Source: Eledone cirrhosa (Eukaryota). Taken from it: a stretch of 37,855 nt of DNA. The notes under the pieces are model-generated. The model did not search any database. It saw only the letters and a program-made list of their open reading frames with translations, and was not told where the DNA came from. The DNA lies in contig CAXHJY010001568.1 in the NCBI GenBank assembly GCA_964016885.1, forward strand, positions 1-37,855, written 5' to 3'. Below are positions 25,597 through 37,855 of the stretch, in pieces (positions within the stretch are counted from its first letter, which is position 1; each line of letters starts with the position of its first letter). The position numbers were made by a program, and so were the translations under genes.

Positions 25597-25786
25597 AACG
25601 AAGGAAATGTGGTAAGGAACCAGGTGGACCATAACATACCAAAGTACTCAATACTTAGGGTAGTAGAGTGGGTAATAGGAACGAGTAGGACCCCGACGGC
25701 TGAGCTCAACCCGTTTCGACGGCTAATTCTGGAATTAGCCGTCGAAACGGCTTGAGCTCAGCCGTCAGGGTCCTACTCGTTCCTAT
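25597..25786. mobile_element. Family A hammerhead element with inverted arm
   Basis: 55-bp inverted repeat 25675-25729/25732-25786, 2 mismatches, 2-bp spacer; (TA)n on both sides. Confidence 0.88.
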
Positions 25787-25932
25787 ATATATATATATAT
25801 ACATATATATACACATATCATGATCAGATCAAAGCTCTAGCAATTCGATGATTGGTTATTCCGTGTGTGGTGATTTCAAAGTTGTCAGGTAGATATCCAG
25901 TTTCGAATAGAAGGTTGACCGTTTAAGCGTGG

Positions 25933-26058
25933 AAAAATAGTTCAAGATTTGACAAGACAAAGGCATAGATACAAAAACTAAGACTAATTAGTTTCCAACT
26001 AAAACGTCTTCGTGTTTTTTGCATCTGTTTTCGTCTTGTAAATTCTTGAACTATTTTT
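25933..26058. repeat. Imperfect fold-back (MITE-like) element
   Basis: 15-bp perfect termini AAAAATAGTTCAAGA/TCTTGAACTATTTTT with further internal complementarity. Confidence 0.65.
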
Positions 26059-26064
26059 TATAAC

Positions 26065-26362
26065 ATGAGTTCAATTCCTGGTGACATTTTTATCCTAGAA
26101 AAAGACACTTTGTTATGTTGATTTTACAAGCCTTCGCAGGTGGCAAAAATATCTTATGCCGGTATTTGAAACGACCAGACGGTTCGCACATCATGTAATC
26201 GGGTTTTTACTGAATCTCCCTAACAACTACGTTAAGAGTACACGTGTTTGTGGAATGCTCTGCAATTTGACAGTTAATGTCGTGAGCAGGCTGTTCCATT
26301 GTTTGACAAATTGGAACTGGAAAACTTGGTTAAGTACCGACCTAATGAGCTTCCGGGATCTT
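26065..26362 (+). mobile_element. Probable degenerate SINE-like element
   Basis: B box GAGTTCAATTCC followed by AAGACACTT, as in the CORE-like copies; remainder unverified. Confidence 0.45.
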
Positions 26363-26384
26363 TAGACTTTAGACTTTTTGACAT

Positions 26385-26714
26385 AAGTGTATTAAATGTA
26401 AGTGTAGATGTGTAAATGTGTTATATGTAAGTGTATTATATGTAAGTGTATTATATATAAGTTTAGATGTAAGTGTATTATGTGTAAGTGTATTAAATGT
26501 AAGTGTGTTATATGTAAGTGTAGATGTGTAATGTATTATATCTAAGTGTGTTATGTGTAAGTGTATTAAATGTAATTGTGTTATATGTAAGTGTAGATGT
26601 GTAATGTATTATATCTAAGTGTATCATATGTAAGTGTAGATAAGTAATGTATTATATGTAAGTGTATTATATGTAAGTATTATGTGTAAGTGTAGATGTG
26701 TAAGTGTAAGTGTA
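26385..26714. repeat. Degenerate minisatellite, ~15-bp TGTAAGTGTATTATA
   Basis: Direct reading of the sequence. Confidence 0.85.
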
Positions 26715-26817
26715 AAGCAATTTCATGTGACAGTGTTTGCGGCGATACTTGAAAGAATCCATTCAAAATTACGGCTATTTATGGAGAATTAAAAATGTCT
26801 GATATATAAACACAGAC

Positions 26818-27485
26818 AAGATGGAGGGGAGAGGGAGGCTTGAGGAGGTGAGAGGTGAGGGGTGTGTGGTGGGAAGAGGGAAATGAAGTTAAGCGGTGAG
26901 AGGAGAGGAGGGGAAAAGAAATTGGGAGTTGGGGTGGGAGAGAATGAGAAAATAAAATGAGAGTTGAGATGGGAGAGAGAAGGGGGAAAGAAAAACGAGG
27001 AGAGGATGAGAGAAGAAACGAAATTGAGGGGTGGTGAGAGGAGAGAAAGAGAAAGGCAAATGAGGGAGGAGAGAGATGAGAAAAGAAAGGCAAATGAAGG
27101 GGAGAGATAGGGTAGAAGGGGAAGGAAAATGAGTGGGGTGAGAGGAGAAAGGTAAAGGTATGGGAGGAGAAGGACAAAGGAAAATGAGAGAGGAGAGAAG
27201 AAGAAGAGAAGAAAAATGAGTGGAGAGAAGGAGAGGAAAAAGGAAAATCAGGAATGAGAGGGGTGAGAAAGAGAAAGACAAATGAGGGACATGATGAGAG
27301 AATGAGAAACGAAGTTGCGGGGTGAGTTGGAGGAGAAAGAGAAAAGAAAATGAGAGGGATGAGAGGAAAGGAGAAAATAACTTGAGTGGGGTGAAAGAGC
27401 GGGAAAGGAGAGATATTATATAAAAACAAAGAAGAAAACAACATAAATAAATAGAGTGCTAGAGGGAAAGGAAGGAGGATAGAAA
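26818..27485. repeat. Polypurine (GA-rich) low-complexity tract
   Basis: Direct reading of the sequence. Confidence 0.85.
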
Positions 27486-27681
27486 TGTCAAAAGATGGAG
27501 ATGTTGTTTATTTATATATAAGTCTTGAGTATATATTTTTTTAATACTAATTAATATATTTATATATTTTGGTATGTATGTTTGTTCATCTATTAACGGC
27601 TTGTTTCACAATGAATTTCCCAAAACTTTTAATTACCATATTATATTGTCTCCCCTCTCTCTCTCCCTCTCTCCAACTCTC

Positions 27682-27727
<46 letters not shown>

Positions 27728-28037
27728 ATATATATGCGATAAGATTTATGTCGATTTATAGTCTTTGAAATATATTCTAGCTTATACATATATAAATATT
27801 ATATGCGTATATATATGTGTGTGTGTGTGTATGTATGTATGCATGTATATGTATATAGATATATCTATATATCTATATACTTATATACTTATATATATGC
27901 ATATATATAAGTATATAAGAGTGTATGTATCTTTATATATAGTTATATATACACATATATCTATACATGCATATATATGTATATATGTATATATATATAA
28001 GAATATTTTTAAGTATTTGTATAAATAAATATATATT

Positions 28038-28092
<55 letters not shown>

Positions 28093-28689
28093 TTATGTGA
28101 GTGTGTCGTGAGGTTAAAACGAAAATGTCTTCTCTATTTTTCATATATGATATGATATAGTTATTAACAAAAATTACATACATACATACATTTTCGATAA
28201 AAATCTGCCATTTTTTTTTTACTTTCGTTAGCAAAATGAAAATTTTCAAACCAAACTATATTCGTTTGTGTTTGGATTATAAAAGTAAGCAAAAAGTTTC
28301 TAGAGCGAGGAATTAAATAATTATGGGAAGAAGAAGATGTAAGGAAATTGCGAAAACTATAGTAGTTAAAAAAAAAATAGCTTGTAAGAGGGATAAAAAT
28401 TATGAATAAAATTAGCCATAATTATAATTCTAGTTTGGGTTGTTATAGTTAATAGTATAATATCATTGTTGTTATAGCTATTGTCATTGTGGTAATCTCA
28501 ATATTAGAATTATTATTGTTAGTAGTAGTTGTAGTGGTAGTGTTGGTAGTGGTCGTGGTGGTGGTTTGTTTGTGGTGTTTGTGTAGTAGTTAATTTCAGG
28601 GAACAACTGAGTCGCTGGCAACAACATCATCATGGACAATAGTAGCAAGTGATATAGAGAATCACCCACACATACGTGTATATATATAC

Positions 28690-28836
<147 letters not shown>

Positions 28837-29149
28837 ATCCCACATATAGTCCAAGAGTAAGTAAGACAGAGAGCAATTAGAAATGTGTATAAATATACAC
28901 ACGCGTCAGTAGAATATAATAAATATATATATATATGTGTGTGTATGGATATACGTAAATATATATATATATATATATACATACATATAATTATATACAT
29001 ATATCTATATACATATATATGTGTATATATATTTATCTACCTATCCATCGATATATATTTACATAAACATTAACAAGACCGACAATTTCGGGTGAGCGAA
29101 GGGTGAGAAAATATCACACAACTATATATATATATAAATATATATATAG

Positions 29150-29215
<66 letters not shown>

Positions 29216-29603
29216 GTGTGTGTGTGTGTACATGTGTGTGCTTGTATGTGTTTGTGTGAGATGCGTGCGGTGGTCGTGTGGGGTGCTGGAATGTATTATT
29301 TCGGAGGGGAGATGAGTACCAAATAAGATTTTTAATTAATTAAAGTTTTTGTGCAGCACCATGGTAACAAGACAATGCTTTGATTACGAGGAAGATTATT
29401 TTCACTATTGTTATTGTTATTATTGTTATTGTTGTTGTTGTTGTTGTTTCTTTTGAGGGCGGGGGGTAGTGGTTCAATTTTCTCTTTGAGATATTAATTG
29501 ATATTTTAAAATAAATATAATATACACACAGACGTGTGTATATATATGACGTGTGTATATATATGTGTATATATATATTATATATATATATATAGTATAT
29601 ATA

Positions 29604-29660
<57 letters not shown>

Positions 29661-29749
29661 GTGTGTGTGTTTGTGTGTGTGTGTGTATCTCAGCAATCTA
29701 CATATATAATGAATCCAATCATTGAAGGATAGACTTATACATACACCCC

Positions 29750-29784
<35 letters not shown>

Positions 29785-29816
29785 TAATATATATATATAA
29801 TATAATATATAATATA

Positions 29817-29856
<40 letters not shown>

Positions 29857-29948
29857 TATATATATTATATATATATAATATATATATATAATATATATAT
29901 ATAATATAATATATATATATAATATATATAATATAATATATATATATA

Positions 29949-29997
<49 letters not shown>

Positions 29998-30124
29998 ATA
30001 TATATATATAATATATATATATATAATATATATATATAATATATATATATATAATATAATATATATATATATAATATATATATATAATAGTATATATATA
30101 TATATTATAATATATATATATAAT

Positions 30125-30162
<38 letters not shown>

Positions 30163-30369
30163 ATACATATATATATATATTATATATATATATACATAAT
30201 ATATATATATATGTAATATATATATATATAAGCATATAAAATGCATATAATACGAACTTATCCAATAATACATACCCCTTCACGCATATAATGAATTGAA
30301 CACACACACATACGCATATATACATATGTACATATATACATACATACATGCATGCATATGAATATATAC

Positions 30370-30400
<31 letters not shown>

Positions 30401-30455
30401 TCAGGAGAGATATGTATATATACTATATAAATAGATAGATGCACGTATATATATA

Positions 30456-30487
<32 letters not shown>

Positions 30488-30553
30488 CTGATTACATGCA
30501 CTTGTATTCAAACAGTCACATACACAAAGGCTAGCAGATCATAACCTAAATAC

Positions 30554-30674
<121 letters not shown>

Positions 30675-30849
30675 TACACAGACATATTCAAAACCTCACT
30701 CTTTACAGAGAAACCAACAAACTGAAAAAGCAAATAGAAAAATCCACTACTAGTCTCTCTCTCTCGCTCTCTCTCTCACCTCTCTCTCTCTCTCGCTCTC
30801 TCTCGCTCTCTCTCTCTATATATATCTCTCTCTCTTTCTCACTCTCTTT

Positions 30850-31730
30850 CCCCCCACCACCAGCACATACACTCCCATCTAAATTACCTAAGACCTCCTC
30901 ACCGCCACCACCAAAAACACCACCACTACCACATCTAAATCACACTAGACATCCTCACCACCACAACCACCAACACCATCACCACCAATACCACATCCAT
31001 CACCACAAAAATCACCACCACAACCACAACAACCCCCATTATCACCACCAATACCACACACCACCACCAATACCGCCACCAACAACCACCACCACCACCC
31101 CCATCTAAATTACCCTAGCCACCACCAACATCACCAACCACCACAACCAACACCACCAGCACCAACAACACAATCACCACAACCAAAACAACCACCAACA
31201 ACAACAACACCATAACCACCACCACCACAATCACCAACACCAATACAACCACCACCAACAACCAACACCACCATCAACACAACCACCACCAACAACCAAC
31301 ATCACCATCACCACAATCACCAACAACCACCACCACCACAATCACCAACAACCACCACCACCACAACCACAACCAACAACACAACAACAACCACCCCATC
31401 AAAATTACCCAAAACCTCCTCAAGACCACCACCACCACAACTACAACCACCACCAGCACCACAACCACCACCACGAACAACCAACACCACCAACACAACC
31501 ACCACAACCACCACCACGAACAACCAACACCACCAACAACACCACAACAACCACCACCACAATCACAACAACCACCACAACCAACAACACCACAACAACC
31601 AACACCACAACCACCACAGCAACACCAACCACCACCACAACCACCACCACCACAATCACCACAACCAACACCACAACCACCACAACCACCACAGCAACAC
31701 CAACCACCACCACAACCACCACAACCACAT
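30850..31730. repeat. Degenerate (ACC)/(AAC)n tract
   Basis: Direct reading of the sequence. Confidence 0.9.
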
Positions 31731-32079
31731 TTTCCCCAAAAATTTAAAAGAAATCGTACATGGCATTATACAGGTTTTAGTGAGAATGGAATATAAATAG
31801 GCCGTAAAACTCGCGTTGACTCTTTTCAAAAAACTCTACTCCACAATTCACGTCTTCATTATATTATAATAAAGCCTCTTAAAACATCAACTTAACACTA
31901 TTCATTAAATATCTCTTGTCCGCCATTTTTCCGCCTCTTATTTTTCTTTATTTTTTGACATTTTTACGTTTATTTTATTTTATTTTATTTTCATTTATGT
32001 TCAGTGTCATGTATAATATATATATATATATGTGTGTGTGTTTATGTGTGTCTGTGTGTGTGTGTTTATGTGTGTATGT

Positions 32080-32968
<889 letters not shown>

Positions 32969-33238
32969 CCCATAAACTATTGTATAGTGGTTGTCAACGG
33001 CTCTATTGTTGAGGAAATGTTCATGCTGTTGTTGTTTATATTGTTATTCATTTCTCTTCTCCTCTTCTCCTCCTCTTCTTCTTCCTCACATCTTCATCTT
33101 CTTCTTCATCTTCTTCTTCTTCTTCATCTTCTCTTGGCTATTGTCGTTCAAGGTTCTCGTGTTATGCTTAATTCCTATTTAATTAATAATTCACAATAAA
33201 ACACATTCACAATAAAAATTATTTTAACAAAAAAAAAA

Positions 33239-33274
<36 letters not shown>

Positions 33275-33449
33275 TAATTTTCCTATCCTTACTATTAATA
33301 TTTTGTTTTATTTGTTGTAGGTATTGTATTATTTTGTTGTTGTTGTTGTTGTATTTTTTACTAATTTTTAATCTGATGTTGAAAAGTCCAATCTAAAAAC
33401 CTCGCACCTCCTGAGAATAATCACCCAAAATGAAATATTCGTTGTCCTT

Positions 33450-33480
<31 letters not shown>

Positions 33481-33569
33481 GGTTGTTGTTGTTGTTGTTG
33501 TTGTTGTTGTGTACTTGCTGAATTATATATATATATATACACATACACTCACAGATATAATGAATATAT

Positions 33570-33611
<42 letters not shown>

Positions 33612-33679
33612 ATGAATATATATGTGTGTATATATATTAATATATATATATATATACATACATACACACACAGATATAA

Positions 33680-33717
<38 letters not shown>

Positions 33718-33724
33718 ATGAATA

Positions 33725-33800
<76 letters not shown>

Positions 33801-33932
33801 CACACATATATATATATATATGTGTGTGTGTGTTTATGTTCAAATATTCAAATAATATATTTTTATCTATTATCCTGCTTATTGTCATCCTTAAAAATCT
33901 AATCGGAAAATCGAATATATACATACATATAG

Positions 33933-33980
<48 letters not shown>

Positions 33981-34319
33981 CTGTCTGTGTGGTGTGTGTG
34001 TATGTCTGTGTATGTACGTGGAAATTAAACACCCTGCTATGCTACCCCTGAGCAACCAATCTCAACATTCCGCCGGCACATCACAAACGACAGCCTCACC
34101 TCCACACGTAAATCATATTAAATAATCACAGCAACACCGCACCCGTTTTAGACACCAAGCCACTCTGCAGCACCCCTCCAAATATCACAAGCCTTCACCA
34201 CCACACCATACCACACAACCCCACGCCAGTTAATACAATGGCACGTCACATCACCCAACCACCGAAGTTAACCACCTTCAAACCACTATACCACTCATTA
34301 CCTTGAAGAATAATTATAA

Positions 34320-34330
34320 TATATGTATGC

Positions 34331-34371
<41 letters not shown>

Positions 34372-34428
34372 ACTATGTAAGTATGTATATATATATATAT
34401 ATATATAATATATATATATATATACTAT

Positions 34429-34464
<36 letters not shown>

Positions 34465-34996
34465 AATATGCATATATATATATATATACCTCTATGTAAG
34501 TATGTATATATATATATATATATATACATGAGTCTATATATGTGTATATATATATATGTTTGTATATATATATATATGTATATATATACATGTGTCTATA
34601 TATATGTATATATATGTGTGTATATATATATATGTATATGTATATATATATATGTGTGTATATATATATATATGTATATATATATGTGTGTATATTATAT
34701 ATATGTATGTATATATATATATATGTGTATATATATGTATATATATATTATGTGTATATATATGTATATATATATATGTGTATATATATGTGTATATATA
34801 TGTGTATATATATATGTATATATATATGTGGATATATATATGTATATATATATGTATATATTTAAGTATATATATGTATATATATATGTATATATTTAAG
34901 TATATATATGTATTATATATATATGTATATATATATATATGTAAATATATATGTATATATATATATTATATATATGTAAATATATATATATATGTG

Positions 34997-35029
<33 letters not shown>

Positions 35030-35032
35030 GTA

Positions 35033-35071
<39 letters not shown>

Positions 35072-35346
35072 ATATATATATATATGTATATATATATGTA
35101 TATATGTATATATATATATATATGTGTATATATATATATATGTACTATATATGTATATATATATATGTGTATATATATTTATATATAATGTGTATATACA
35201 TATGTGTATGTGTATGTGTATATATATATATATATGTGTATATATATATGTGTGTATGTGTATATATATATATATATATATGTGTATATATATATGTGTG
35301 TATGTGTATATATATATATATATATATGTGTATATATATATGTGTG

Positions 35347-35382
<36 letters not shown>

Positions 35383-35394
35383 ATATATATATGC

Positions 35395-35440
<46 letters not shown>

Positions 35441-35493
35441 ATATTTATATGTATATATATATATGTATATTTATAAGTGTATATATATATATG

Positions 35494-35584
<91 letters not shown>

Positions 35585-36134
35585 TGTGTATATATATATA
35601 TGCATAATATATATATATGTGTATATATATATATGCATATATATATGTGTATATATATATATGCATATATATATATGTGTATATATATATATGCATATAT
35701 ATATGCGTATATATATATATATATGTGTATATATAATATATATATATGTGTATATATATATATATATGTATATATATATGTATATATATATGTGTATCAT
35801 ATATATATGTGTAATATATATATATATGTATATATATATATGTGTATATATAATATATGTGTATATATATATATGTATATATATATGTGTATATATATAT
35901 ATGTATATATATATGTGTATATATATATATGTATATATATTATGTATATATATATATGTATATATATATGTGTATATATATTATATATATGTATATATAT
36001 ATGTATATATATATATGTATATATATATGTGTATATATATATATGTGTATATATATATATGTATATATATATGTGTATATATATATATGTATATATATAT
36101 GTGTATATATATATATGTATATATATATATATGC

Positions 36135-36166
<32 letters not shown>

Positions 36167-36232
36167 TTCTGAGTGTATGTATGCATATAAGTATATGTAT
36201 TTATATGTGTATATATGTAAATACATAAATAT
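34320..36232. repeat. ~1.9-kb (TA)n/(TATG)n tract
   Basis: Direct reading of the sequence. Confidence 0.95.
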
Positions 36233-36604
36233 GTAAAATGAATTAAAACAATACTTCAAAGCATTATCGTATTCGCTTCCCCTCGTCCACCATCACGAAC
36301 AATAAAATATTGAGTACTCCACCACACCCACACACGTACCACTTGTGAGAGAAACTCTAATTGCGGATAAGCCCGTTGAAAAAGGGAGATTAACCCAAAA
36401 AATATATAGGAAAATATTAAATGCATTATATAATAAAGGATATATATATATATATTATATATATATATGATTTTATGTATTCACGCATATATACATATAT
36501 AATATATATATATATTGCACTCTTATATACATATATATATATATATATATACATACAAACAAACACATATACGTACATATATATATATATATATAGCAGT
36601 AGTT

Positions 36605-36685
<81 letters not shown>

Positions 36686-36814
36686 TTTTCCCTCGTTGAA
36701 CGTCTTATAAAAATAGCTGAATTCAAATTTTGGTATATCATGACACATTGGAATTTTCGGCTCGATATATTATACAATCGAATTTTCAGCTCGATATATT
36801 ATACACACACACGT

Positions 36815-36864
<50 letters not shown>

Positions 36865-36961
36865 TATATATATAGTACGTTATTCCGGGTTGAATCGGAG
36901 GTAACCACAGTAAGTAAGGTACTCAATACATTGCAGAGTATAAAAGTTTCAATATAGATGA

Positions 36962-37010
36962 GATTCTACAGGACTAGAACTGTTTCATTCTTTAGAAATC
37001 ATCAGGAATC
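36962..37010 (-). ncRNA. Type I hammerhead ribozyme candidate (mirror copy)
   Basis: Exact reverse complement of 37017-37065. Confidence 0.8.
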
Positions 37011-37016
37011 CCTGAT

Positions 37017-37065
37017 GATTCCTGATGATTTCTAAAGAATGAAACAGTTCTAGTCCTGTAGAATC
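37017..37065 (+). ncRNA. Type I hammerhead ribozyme candidate
   Basis: GATTC-CTGATGA-T-TTC-TAAA-GAA-T-GAA-ACAG-TTCTAGTC-CTGT-A^GAATC; GUA cleavage after 37060. Confidence 0.8.
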
Positions 37066-37139
37066 TCATCTATATTAAATATATATATATATATATATTG
37101 GTTTATGGCTTCGATCTCCTCCCCCTGATGTGCGTTTTA

Positions 37140-37553
37140 CGACAGTCATATCTAAATTGGAGGGTGATTTGGTTATTATTTTTAGCAGGTTGTTTGTATA
37201 CCTAAGTTACCACTTATTCTCCATTTAGCAGTCTTATATTTATTTGAGGGCGACAGTCTTATACCCATTTGTGTGCGATTTGGTTATTATTTCTAGCAGG
37301 TTGTTTGAAGACCTAGGCTAGCCCCCCATTCTTCTTTCAGCAGTCGTATCTCAATTTGAGGGCGATGTGGTTATTATTTCTAGCAGGTTATTTGTAGACC
37401 TAAGAGTGGTCTCATTCTTCTTTCAGCAGTCTTATATCTTATCTATTTGAGGGCCACAGTCTTATATCCATTTGAGTGCTAGGTGGTTGTTACTTCTAGC
37501 AGGTTGTTTGTAGACCTAAGGGAGGCCTCATTTCTCTTTCGACAGTCTTATCT
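37140..37553. repeat. Degenerate tandem repeat, about 4 units of ~90-115 bp
   Basis: TAGCAGGTT.TTTG..GACCTA and CAGTC.TATATC..ATTTGAGGG recur four times. Confidence 0.8.
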
Positions 37554-37767
37554 CCACGGCTCAGCATTACGAGGTGTTTCTATGCTATTATCATATGGTA
37601 ATAGGTTGCCAGCCTGAAGCTAACATTGTAGAACACAGATGTTCACTGTTTATTAATTATTTAGTAGAGTGTTGCACATGTGAAACTAAATATAACCTTA
37701 GGAAAAGGAATTAGTATAACTACATAAACAGCATTTAGCCATGATTATATATATATTGTGTATATAT

Positions 37768-37855
37768 AACTCGAAGGAGTTGTGGTAAGGAACCAGATGG
37801 ACCATAATGCACCAGAGTACTCAATACTTAGGGTAGTAGAGTGGGTAATAGGAAA
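37768..37855 (-). mobile_element. Family A element 3' portion, cut by the window edge
   Basis: TGTGGTAAGGAACCAG.TGGACCATAA..CACCA.AGTACTCAATACTTAGGGTAGTAGAGTGGGTAATAGGAA. Confidence 0.85.

Larger units (their letters stand above)
36875..37076. mobile_element. Family B element with two divergent complete hammerheads
   Basis: Perfect 60-bp inverted repeat 36951-37010/37017-37076, 6-bp spacer; (TA)n on both sides. Confidence 0.88.

Noticed and set aside
28590-28655. Possible plus-strand exon after TTAATTTCAG (similarly a minus-strand acceptor near 33411)
   Set aside because: No convincing donor site or recognisable peptide

Overview
Eukaryotic, gene-poor, microsatellite-saturated DNA. The (TA)n/(CA)n load and the SINE types suggest a mollusc, probably octopus (inference, not searched). 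Almost all ORFs in the track are low-complexity artefacts. The only real coding content is retroelement-derived: (1) a full-length L1/Tx1-type non-LTR retrotransposon (16187-21993, 21-bp TSD, ORF1 with a CCHC knuckle, ORF2 APE-RT-zinc finger broken by an 8-nt (TAGA)2 expansion) inserted in a (TATC)n tract; (2) a diverged 5'-truncated relative in the same tract; (3) an RTE 3' fragment. There are also several tRNA-derived SINEs and a 2.4-kb telomere-like C-rich minisatellite. The most notable signal is a set of short non-coding elements from at least five unrelated families, each carrying a type I hammerhead ribozyme fold (complete, partial or degenerate) and embedded in (TA)n or (CA)n. Two of these families share a 3' hairpin motif and recur as head-to-head inverted insertions with one long and one short fixed 3' end. 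This resembles Penelope-like pLTR or retrozyme mobilisation with two-strand priming on palindromic (TA)n. All RNA folds were derived by eye and are untested.
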